Source: the human T2T-CHM13v2.0 reference genome, Homo sapiens
NCBI RefSeq assembly: GCF_009914755.1
Contig: NC_060929.1
Strand: one strand, 5' to 3'
DNA length: 64,000 nt
A program made the translations under genes and the position numbers. Position 1 is the first letter of the stretch. The number at the start of each line of letters is the position of its first letter. Positions 53,374 to 64,000 of this stretch are shown piece by piece. The notes beneath the pieces were generated by a model that saw only the letters and a list, made by a program, of their open reading frames with translations, had not been told where the DNA came from and did not search any database.

Positions 53374-53750
53374 TGTGGTAGGGAGATGAATCATTCCCCA
53401 AAGATGTCCACATCCCAGTCTCCCTAATCTGAATATGATACCTTACATGGCAAAAGGGACACTGCTGATGTGGGTAAGGCAATGGACCTGGAGATGGGGA
53501 GATTATCCTGGATTGTGTGGGTGGGCCCAATCTAATCACCCGAGTCCTTAAAAATCAGAAACCTTTCTGGTTAGGTCAAAGAGAGTTGTGACAGTAGAAG
53601 GGTCAGAGAGATGTGATGTTACTGGTTTAGAAGATGGAAGAGGTAGGACATGAGCTAATAAATGCAGGTGGCTTCTAGAACCTGGAAAAGGGAAGGAAAT
53701 GAATTGTCTTTTAGAGCTTCCACAAAGAAACACAGCCTTGCAGTCAGCCA
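53374..53750 (+). mobile_element. MLT1D LTR, 3' truncated at a (TG/TA/CA) tract
   Basis: ccccaaagatgtccacatcc, taccttacatggcaaaagggac, gagattatcctggatt. Confidence 0.85.
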
Positions 53751-53959
53751 GTGTATATGTGTGTATGTATATATACACACACACAAATACACATACACGC
53801 AGAATAATTGGGATTTAATGTGTTTATGTAACAGCAACAACAAAACTTATTTAAAATTCCTACTCTGCTCCAAGAATGGTGGATTCCATTGATTGTAAAG
53901 CCTTTTTTTCCCTGGGCTCCTTAATAAACCCATCAAGGAATACATTTATACACAATCTT

Positions 53960-54330
53960 ATATAGCTACCAAGCCAGAAACTTGGCAGTCATCCTAAACA
54001 TCTCTCTCTCTCCCTCATTCTTACCTCTAATTCATCATCAACCTCTGCCAGTGTTGCCTTAAATATTGTGCTCGACCATTTCTTGCCATTTCTAGTACCA
54101 CCCCCACATTTGCTTAACCACCATTATAGTCTACCAGGACTATAATTAGCTTCCTGTGCTGTCTGATTTTGCTCCCACAAAGTAGATCTCCACATGTATC
54201 ACACATGCATTGAGAGTTATCTTTTCAAAATGCATATCAGATATAATCCTAAGTAAAATATTTCAATGATTTTTGTATTGCTTTTAGGATCAGGCTAAAA
54301 TATCCTGAATTTCTCCAAAAATGATCTGCA
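53960..54330 (+). mobile_element. L2 fragment
   Basis: caagccagaaacttggcagtcatcct..tctctccctca. Confidence 0.65.
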
Positions 54331-54356
54331 TCATGTGACGTTTTCCTATTTCTCTC

Positions 54357-54357
<1 letters not shown>

Positions 54358-54404
<47 letters not shown>
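54358..54404. repeat. (TG)n microsatellite
   Basis: Directly visible, uninterrupted. Confidence 0.95.
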
Positions 54405-54408
<4 letters not shown>

Positions 54409-54698
54409 AATATTTCGACTAAAATTTGAAGTGTTGACATTTTGGTCTGGATCACTATATACAGCAAGGAGACAATGCAAGAAAACTTTCCCATGAATTA
54501 ATTTAGTCAGAGATGCCCCTGATAAAAATGCTTCGTATTTCTCCTTTTTAACTAAATTTTATATGGTATGCATTTTTCTGTTTCATTAGAAGTTTTTCAC
54601 ATGCAGTAAAGGAGAGTAAGAGAGACATTGGAGGTTGGCATGATTCAAGTGAGCCCCCATATGAGATGGTAAATAACAATGGAATCTATAGATCTTAT

Positions 54699-55442
54699 TG
54701 TCACTGCCCAATGGGTTTACCTTGCCCGCTGCCTAGACAGAGCCGATTTACCAAGACAGGGGAATTGCAATTGTGAAAGAGTAATTCATTGCAGAACAGG
54801 CAGTGCGGGAGACCGGAGTTTTTGAGGGTCTCAAATCAGTCTCCTGGGGCATTTGAGGGTCAGAGTTTTAATGATAATTTGTCTGGGGCTTGGGAAGTAG
54901 GGACTGCTGATTGATTGGGTTGGAGATGAAATCATAGGGGGTCGAAGTGAGTTCTTCTTGCTGACTTCCGTTCCTGGATGGGATCGCAGGACTGGTTGAG
55001 CCAGATCGTAGGTCTGGATGGTGTCATCTGCTGCATCGGAATGCAGGGTCTGCAAAATATCTCAAGCACTGATCTTAGGTTTTGCAACAGTGATGTTATT
55101 CCCAGGAGCAATTTGGGGAAGTTGAAACTCTTGCAGCCAGAGGCTTCATGGCCTCCAAACAGTAATTTCTAATCTTGTAGCTAATTTGCCAGTCCTACAA
55201 AGGCAGGTTGGTCCACATTCAAGAAGGGTTTTTTGTTTTGTTTTGTTTTTGGGAAAGGGCTATTTATCAATTTTGTTTCAGAGTTTAAACTATAAATTAA
55301 ATTCCTTCCTAAGGCTAGTTTGGCCTACACCCATGAATGAACAAAGACAGCTTAGAGGTTAGAAACAAGATCGGGTTGGTTAGGTCTGATCTCTTTCACT
55401 GTCATCATTTCCTCAGTTCTGATTTTCGCAAAGGTGATTTCA
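54699..55442 (-). mobile_element. LTR8/LTR8A solo LTR (ERV1)
   Basis: ccttgcccgctgcctagacagagccgattt..gcaaaggtgatttca; 4-bp TSD TTAT/TTGT (one mismatch). Confidence 0.9.
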
Positions 55443-55710
55443 TTGTCAAAACAAACCCTAGGATTCTGCAGCTGCTGTAGTTGCTGGTGTCTATGAAAAC
55501 CATTTCACTAATTAATCTCATGAAAGTTTTCCTCTTCCTGCCAAAACAAAATGAAGAAAAATAAGCTGCCATTTATTAAAAGCTTGAGTTGTGCCAAGCA
55601 CTGTGACATTTGAAGACTATCTGAAGTACGTAAGAAAAGATAGTAACTCTAACCTCTGTCATTCTGCAAAAGATGAAGCTAGGTCTGCATTTGTCATTCC
55701 TCTTAAGAGG

Positions 55711-56596
55711 TATAAACCAAAAAAGTATCTGAGACAGGTCTCAATAAATTTAGAAGTTTATTGTGCCATGGTTAAGGACCATGACCCATGACACAGCCTC
55801 AGGAGGTTCTGAGAAAATGTGCCCAAGGTGGTTGGGCTACAGCTTGGTTTTATACATTTTCGGGAGATAGAAGGTACAGGCAAAGATGTAAATCAATACA
55901 TGTAAGGTATACACTGAAAGAAAGGAGCAGTCTGGAAAGAAACAATGTCTCAAAGCTGGGTTGGCAGTTGGGGGCGGCCTTCCAGGTCATAGGTGGATTT
56001 AAAGATCTCCTGATTGGCAATTGGTTGAAGAGTTAAGTTCTGCCTGAAGAGTTGAAATTAGCTTGAGTTAAGGTAAGGTTGGAAGGAGGTGCTGTGAAAG
56101 CCAAGGTTCTTATCATGTAGATGAAGCCTCCAGGTAGCCAGCTTCAGAGAGAATACATGTTTAAGATTCTCTGGAGAGACCTAGTAAGGGAAGGTGATTC
56201 TCTACAGAATGCAAATTTCCCCTATAAGAGATAGTTTTCAGGGACATTTCAAAATACGTCAAATAATATATTTTGGGGGTAAAATACTTTGATTTCCTTT
56301 TAGGGCCTGTTATCTGTCCTGTGTTGCTGTACCCAAATCAGGTTGAAGTTGGTAACTTATTGCTACAAAGAGTCTGTTCTGTCTGTCTTGGGATTTCTAT
56401 TTTACTGTTAATGCTGGTCAGTTGTGTTACCTGAACTCCAAAAAGAGGAGGGTATAATGAGGCATATGTGGCCCCTGCTCCCTTCCTGTGGTGATGACCT
56501 GAACTTGTTTTTTTTCGGTTTGTTTGGGTCCCCTTGGCCAAGCAGGGGGTTCATTCTGTCAGTTGGGGGGAGTTAGAATTTTGTTTTTGGTTTGTA
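55711..56596 (-). mobile_element. MER4 solo LTR (MER4D-like, ERV1)
   Basis: tatctgagacaggtctcaataaatttagaagtttatt; gtgcccaaggtggttgggctacagcttgg; exact TSD GAGG at 55707-55710 and 56597-56600. Confidence 0.9.
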
Positions 56597-57769
56597 GAGG
56601 CAAATTCACGGAAAAGCCAAGGGGCTAGGGAAGATTACTAGGGTAAAATTCCACACTCCAAGAGAACTAACTGGCTGCCCTTCTTAATCAGGGACTAGAA
56701 GCAAAGGGTAAAGAACTAGAAGCAAGTAGTTGAGAGTCTTGTGGCGATGGTCTTGCAGTCCCTTTGTCAATGACACATTGATTTGATGAGTGTGGTCCTT
56801 ATATTTTCAAATATTAATTGATTTATTCCATCTTGTTTCAGAAAGGTTTTATGGTAGTCTGTAAGCTATGTACATTACAAGATAACATTTATTGAATGCA
56901 GGTAAAAAATTAAAAAGAACAAGTTGGGAGGTCATAAAATGAAATGAGGAATAAAGTAGAGAAAAATGATTCCCTAGGACATTTTTAGATTCTAAAGCAC
57001 CAAACGCTGCCAAGAAATCAACTGTCCCTGGTGGTGATTTAGCCTCTGATAACGATAGGCTAGCAGGGTTTAGGCCAGCAGTTGGGACCTCTATTTTTGG
57101 AAGGCTCCCAGGTAGACACATTTCTGTCCTGCTTGCTCCTCAAGCATCTCGCACTATCTCTTTCAAAAAATTCAGCATACTTATGGTTGCCTACATACTG
57201 TCTGGTTTTTGTGTGTATTTAACTATGAGTTCCATAAAAATTGGTCAGGAAGTTTACTAGTATATTCTATCATTTACCACAGAGACAACAACAACAAAAA
57301 AAAAAAACCCAGAAATATAGGGGAGTGTTAAAGTGGATTTAATCAGAGCTGGGAATAATATTTCTTCTTCAAAAATGACACTTCATAGCTGTATAATATG
57401 CAATCATGTGGATGGTGCCAGGTTGTGTTTAAACAATCTCCTATTGTTGGACATCTTGTTTATTTCCAATATTGCCATGCTGAATATCCTCACAAATCTT
57501 TACTTCCATCACATTTAGACTGGATTTCTAAAGTGAAATCATTGTGTTGAAGGATATGAACTTTAGAAATGAATTACTGCCTTCTTTCCAATGAGTAACT
57601 GCCTTACAATTCTATCTGGCTGTTTACACTCTACTATTTTTTGTTATTCAGCTTCCTGCTTCATGGATATTTTTAATCTAGTGACTTTCCAGAAACTTCT
57701 GCATATTTAAGAGGCCTCTGACCCTATGCAGTGACCCTCCTGGCTTTGTATCCACCAACATGACACACT

Positions 57770-58291
57770 TGAGGGCGACAAAATAATGTTCCCACCCCAC
57801 CACCTCCACCAAGATGTGCCTGTCCTAATCCCCAGAATCTGTGACTATGTTATGTTGCATGGGAAGGGGAAATTAAGGTTGTAGATAGAATTACGTTTGC
57901 TAATCATTTGACTCTAAAATAAGATTATCCAACATTATCCAGGACACAGTGTAATCACAAGAGTACTTATAAATAAAAAAGAAAAGCAGAAATGTTAGTG
58001 TCAGAGTCATGTGATATGAAAAAGATTTGAATGGTCATTGCTGGCTTTGAAAATAAAAGAGGGTCACGAACCAAGGAATATGGGGGCCCTCTAAAAACTG
58101 GGGGAAAAAAGCAAGGAGACAGATTCTCCCCTAGAGACTCTAAAAGGAACCAGGGGTGCCAAAACTTGATTTTATCCCAATGAGACACATGTTGGGCTTA
58201 TGATCGCTAGAATGTAAGATAATAAAGTTGTGTTGTTTTAAGCCACCAAGTTAGAGGTAATTAGTAACAGCAGCCACAAGAAAGGAATATA
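57770..58291 (+). mobile_element. MLT1D-like LTR
   Basis: cctaatccccagaatctgtgactatgtta; acagattctcccctagag; TSD ACACT at 57765-57769 and 58292-58296. Confidence 0.85.
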
Positions 58292-59089
58292 ACACTCCAG
58301 CATCCAAGTCCCCAGCTCTGTTTCACCTCACCTATACCCTCTTTATCTAGGAAAAAAACTTTTTCTATTTCAATAGCAAGTACTCAGCCAATTGTCCATG
58401 CTGCTGTACCATCTGTTTTATGGCTGTGTCCCTTAAGACATGAAATAAAAAAACAAATACAGAGGCATAGGATTGTCAGATTCAAGCTCAAAACTCTAAT
58501 TTGGAATTTACATTTATTGATTTCTGACCAGAAGATCATGCTGATACTGACAGACACCAATCCTTGGCCACAGCCCCATTCCTTTGGCTCTTGTCCAGAG
58601 CTGCGCCTGCATTGATAGATGCTAATCAGTACTTATTCTCTAAAGGCGAGAACAATCTATTAGCACATTTAAAAAAAAAAAAAAAAAAAAACCTGTGTTA
58701 GAAGCATGGTTCTTCTCCTTCACAGACTCCAAACTGAAAAATCCTTACACATTTTCAAATACAAGCAGCTGACTTAGGTATAACAGATGACTTCAAACAA
58801 GGTGATTGCTTAGCTAATGTTTATAGCATCCTCTCTGTCAACAAATCTCAAGGAGGGGATCAGGTCTTGTTTGAGTCTCCCTGGGAAATAGATTTTGTTT
58901 TACGGGACTCGTTGTTGCAAATCCCTGTGAACTCTAACATCACTTATGGGTAGCAATTAAAGTATAGGAATTTAACTTATGCACACAGTTCTTGCCTGTC
59001 AGCAATGCTCTTGGTTCCACTGCTCAATCAATAATGCTAATGTCTGATCCAAATTCAACTCATGTTTGATGACCACCATAGTGTAACAC

Positions 59090-59270
59090 TGTTACAGGAA
59101 CTTTCACATTATCTCATTAATTCTCACAATCACCCTCATTTTACAAAGAAGAAATTGTGATTCATACGGGTTAAACAGATTTCTCCAGTTCACATAAGCT
59201 AGCAAGGGACAGAGCCAATATTTGAACTTCTGGTCTTTTGATGTGTATTGAGTGCTCTTTTTACTGAACA
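59090..59270 (-). mobile_element. MIR
   Basis: atctcattaattctcacaa..cattttacaaagaagaaattg..cacataagctagcaagggacagagcc. Confidence 0.75.
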
Positions 59271-59604
59271 TGGTCCTTACCTCACAACACTTAGACTAGG
59301 GAGGCATGAAGCCAGCTCCCCTCTGCAGCCTAGCCCAGATAGCCCTGGCACTATCTAAGTCCTCTTTCTGTTAATTACCCTACTCATGGGGCTCCCATGG
59401 GGGTTAACACAGGGCAGAGACGATTGGTGTACACCACAGGGAAGAAAACACAAATCTTAGCAGCTGAGAAGCAGGAGGTATGCCAAGAGAAGGAAAGAAC
59501 ATGATGTTTTGCAAAGGGGAAACTGATTTTTCAAATTCAGCTGCAGAGGAGGAATTGTGCAAGTATTTTACCATCAGTAATAGAAACAGTATTTAAATAA
59601 GTGG

Positions 59605-59780
59605 GACTAGAATCACAGTATTACAGAACTGGAGAGGACCTTATACATCATCCAGTTCCATTCCTCACTTCAAAGATAAGAGAGCTAGGGATAGGAAATA
59701 TTAAGACTTATGGTCATAATTTTACATGACAGAGGCTTGGAAATCAAACAAAGGTCTCCCACATTTTAGGACAATGTTTT
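59605..59780 (-). mobile_element. MIR3/MIRc-like fragment
   Basis: agaactggagaggaccttatacatcatccagttcc. Confidence 0.55.
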
Positions 59781-60982
59781 TGTTTACATGATGTCATGTC
59801 TTCTAAAGAACTACTGTTGTAAATAATAAAAATACATAATTTATCTATATATCTTGCATGTATTTTAATGAAAAGATAGATATCATTTCTTCATAGTAAT
59901 ATATCCTATTAAAATGACTAAAGACGTAATAGAGCTCTTTGTGAATTTGCAGCCACTTATTATAAAACCCAGAGTACAATTGTAAAAAACAGACAGACTT
60001 GATTTGTCTACATGAATGGAATCCTCTGACTGTATTCTTTCTTCGAAGAAAACAATTTTGTGAAAATACAGTCTGGGTCTTATATTTAAAGACAGATATA
60101 TCTTATCTTTCATTAAGGTAGAAATCACCACTGTTAATGAGGATGAAATGGCAACTGAAAGTATAAAGATTTTGTTTCCAAAGCAGCAAAATTGCCAATA
60201 ACTTTCTCTCCAATCTTTATGCTTGCTATATGTAAATGTACAATGAGAAAAATAAGCCAGAATAAAGAACAGGCAATCCTAAAACAGTTTTTGAAAAAAC
60301 TCAATGTGGCCATCTATCTTCTTAAGTTGACTACAAAAACTTCCACTGTGGATTCCATCATTGATCTGTATTAAGGACTCTAATGGCTTCTGAGTGGAGG
60401 CAGTAAAAATAAAACAAAAACTGTGAATAATGAAGACGAGAACTTTTCATGGTACACTATATTCTGTTAAATTTAATGTAAATGGCTACTGAATTTTTCT
60501 ACAGTTCTGATTTAAATGCACATTAGAAATCTTCATCTTCTTCAGGTATACTATTTGGAGTTTGTAAAACAGAATGTTAATGGTAATTTTCGTAAAGCTG
60601 GTGGTAAAAGCTTGTCCGGGAATATAACTCTTATAACTTTATTTTAATGAGGAAATAAATTTTCAACTCCACATAATTCTAACTTGGAATATTTCACTTT
60701 AAGTATATAACTTGCTTTAAGCTTGATGAACATTTGTACCTGGGAACGTTCCAGGTCCCAGTTCACTAGTAAGTGGTTTATTCAGATGTCTATCTCATTG
60801 TTGAAGCCCAAGAATTTTTGTTCAGAATTTGCTTTAATCTAGATAATTTTTATAATCAGAACTTCTCCAGGATGGCAACATCCTTTTCCTTTATTCTCTG
60901 TGGATAACAGTTTTCAGTCTCTACCCACTGGGATAATTGTCTGCAATCGAGATGAGCAGGGCCCATTTATTAAGACACTGCT

Positions 60983-61251
60983 GGCCAGGCGCGGTGGCTC
61001 ATGCCTGTAATCCCAGCAGTTTGGGAGGCCAAGGCGGGTGGATCATGAGGTCAGGAGATGGAGACTATCCTGGCCAATATGGTGAAACCCTGTCTTTACT
61101 AAAACTACAAAAATTAGCTAGGCGTGGCTGCTGGTGCCTGTAATCCCAGATACTCGGGAGACTGAGGTAGGAGAATTGCTTGAACTGGGAAGTGGAGGTT
61201 GCAGTGACCCAAGATGGTGCCACTGCACTCCAGCCTGGCCAAAAAAAAAAA
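60983..61251 (+). mobile_element. AluSc-like lacking the last ~20 nt before poly(A)
   Basis: ggatcatgaggtcaggagatggagactatcc; ends ccagcctggcc-A11; TSD AAGA(C/G)ACTGCT. Confidence 0.93.
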
Positions 61252-61820
61252 GAGACTGCTTGCGGAATTCCTTGGTTTGGAAATAAGCTATCCTAAACTT
61301 GATGCAGGTGAGGATTAATCCCTTGTACATGGTGAGCCTAAAATCTATTTTCTTTCATCTGAGCCTATAGAAGATATCAGGCAGTTACTTTCCTTTCAGA
61401 TCAAGTTAATTCTTTCTAGATGAAATAGGTAACAGTATTTAAATTAATTTAATTAACATAGTTACAAGCAGACTCTTACTACCCAGTAAAATGTAGATCA
61501 GTTGCAAGGAAAACTGGTCCTATTCAAAGCCCAATATAATTGAATGCAGAGCTCAATGGCATTTTACTTTTTATTCTTAATGAGTCAATGATAACACGCA
61601 ATTGTATCACCCTCCAATTTGGAATTTACATGTACGATGTTTGCTATAGTTTGGTGATATGCATGGATACACGTATATGTGTGGGCCTGCATATCCTGGA
61701 TATCCAGGATAGTCACAAGTGTGTGTGTGAGTGCATGTACTTCAAGAAATATATATCTGTGTGTACATTCTTCCATATCTGGTAAACATTAAGTTAAAAT
61801 GTGAACTTGAAAGCATGCTA

Positions 61821-62085
61821 TGGAGTCTCGCTCTGTCATCTTGGCTCACGGCAACCCCTGCCTCCTAGGTTCAAGTGGTCCTCAGGCCTCAGCCTCCTAA
61901 GTAGCTGGGATTACAAGTGTGCACCACCACGCCTGGCTAATTTTTATTTTATTTTTTTGTATTTTTGTACAGATGGGGTTTCACCATATTGGCCAGGCTG
62001 GTCTCAAACTCCTGACCTCAAGTAATCCACCTGTCTCAGCCTCCCAAAGTTCTGGGATTACAGGCAAGAGCCACCGTACCCGGCC
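61821..62085 (-). mobile_element. AluSx-like, tail-less with internal deletion
   Basis: ggagtctcgctctgtc joined to atcttggctca; ends ccaccgtacccggcc. Confidence 0.9.
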
Positions 62086-62779
62086 CCCTTATTTATTATT
62101 TCCAGAATCCTTGTAATTTTTTTTCAGTTTCTTCAGTATCCTAGTGAGGCTGCTGTTGTTTACCATCTCATATAGGAAACAAAGTAAATATGGAGTGCCT
62201 AAGGGATGTAATTACATTAAATGAAAGGGAGATGGGATATGAGGAGTCAAGCTCTTTTTGCTGTAAATTCCTGGTAGTGCCAGGCTGAGTCCTAAGTCTT
62301 GGTGGAATGGAGACCTATTTGGCAAGGGTCTGTCCTTATGGTGCCAGAATAGGAGAGCAAAAGAGTGAAAGTAGATAGCAAACACTCTTCTCTGGGGAGT
62401 TCAGCTCACTTCTTTGATTCCTTTTTTGGCTGGACCTCTTTATTGGCTCAAAATTTTATTTTTATTTTGGCATGAATGATTTATGACTTAGAAATTTTGA
62501 AGGTATTATTCTAAATATAAGAAGGTAGTTTAAGATGTTTCTACTGTTTGGTGGCAAGAAAACACTAGAAATGTCCATAAATAAAACATAAACAGAAAAT
62601 GTTCTTCAGTCATTAGAAAGAGAAAACAGATTGTGCTAGTATGTGTGTATTTATAGTCACTCTATTAATTTATTGCCACACTGAAACCTCAGAGGTATAG
62701 GTTACAGATGATAATCCACCCAAATTAGGAAAGTCTGTAACATTCTTATTGGGATAGCATTGAAGTAAGAAGACTAGAA

Positions 62780-63560
62780 AGAAAAAATATCAGAAAAACA
62801 TTAATAAAAACTACTCAAAAAACCACATTATAGTAAAAATAAATAAAATCACAGCATTCTGAATTTGCAACACTGTGGGATAAATAACTGGAATATGTTT
62901 CCCACAGAAAACATCTAAAATAGCTGGGTATACTATAAAAATATGAATAAAGGATAGTTTGGGTAGTCATACTAATTTCAGACCAAATAGAATGCAATAA
63001 AAAAGTCATTAGTAGAGATAGAGTGACACTTCCTAATGATAAAAGGTTTAATTCACTGAGAACATATAACAATCTAAAATTTTTATGCACTTCTTAATGC
63101 AGCTTCATATTTTTTAAACCCCAAAGTGTCAGAACTACAAGAAGAATTAGACAAGTCCATAATTTAATTTAGAGGTTTTTAACATATCTCTCATCCTGAC
63201 TGATAGATCAAGCAGAAAAAATAAATCTATTCTAAGAGCATAGAAATTTTAACAGGACAACTAGCAACCTCAAGATAACAGACATATAAGGACATCCCAA
63301 CCAACAATGACAGAGGCCTCACTATTCTCAACAACAGGTGAAACTTTTATAAGAAATAACCATGTACTGGACTATAGAGTAAGGCTCAACAACTTTCAAA
63401 TGCTTGGTTAGAAAAAGGATAGCAAAATAAACTCACACAGAGAAGTAAGAAAATAATATGCATAAAAATACAAGTTTGTAAAGTTAAAAGAGCCATGCAA
63501 TTGGAAAGACCAATAAAGCCAAGGTCAGCTCTTTGGAAAACCACCAGCAAAAACAATAAA
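62780..63560 (+). mobile_element. Old L1M ORF2 endonuclease-region fragment
   Basis: ctaatttcagaccaaatagaa; aatgataaaaggtttaattcac; gacagacatataaggacatcccaaccaacaa. Confidence 0.7.
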
Positions 63561-64000
63561 TACCTCTCTTGTCTCTCATTCCTGTAAATTATGCAATTTG
63601 GACTCTTGGACCCTTGGCCAGCAATTCCTTTGTCACTGGACCTTCTCTTCCCTACTGGTCCTTCTTATCACTTATGGTCTCATTTACTCTTGGAAATTAT
63701 TTGGGTAAAATGTCTGTCTTTCACACTGGTCACAAAACTCTTTTGAAAATAGTGATGAAGACATATTTGTTAGAAGACATAATTTTTAAACTTGGGTACA
63801 AACACCATTATTCATGGTGGCTTTCAAAGGAACAACTGCCAAAAACCTGTTTCACTTCTTAATTTCTCCTGAACATACTTCTTTGTTTTGTGGTGGGGGA
63901 TGGTGGTATTGATATCTTAATGTTTACCTCCCATTAAGTGATGCCACACTACATCTGAGAGGCAATGTATAACAATGAAAATAGTTCAGGATTTTGAGCT

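Noticed and set aside
58671-58691. A21 tract as a processed-pseudogene tail
   Set aside because: No TSD, upstream polyadenylation signal or recognisable retrocopy body
60738-60756. Near-palindrome ACCTGGGAACGTTCCAGGT as a heat-shock element
   Set aside because: Only two good nGAAn units and no promoter context; compatible with chance

Overview
Primate (human-like), CpG-depleted, repeat-dominated genomic DNA with no recognisable host protein-coding exon, rRNA, tRNA or CRISPR array. Every ORF I can assign comes from a transposable element; the rest look like chance ORFs. Main layout: the 5' end of an L1PA element (minus, 1-1281) with an open antisense ORF0; scattered MaLR/ERVL/ERV1 LTRs, several with clean target-site duplications (TSDs); two near-full-length old L1MA elements lying head-to-head (about 17100-24830 minus, about 24867-35853 plus). 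The second L1MA hosts an MSTA LTR, three Alus, an internally deleted two-LTR HERV-L/MLT2A provirus, and a truncated L1PA carrying a probable short 3' transduction. Several perfect palindromes and templated-duplication scars occur, the best a 32-bp palindrome at 19046-19077. I found no convincing new biological system. Subfamily names are from recalled consensus features and need RepeatMasker/Dfam confirmation.
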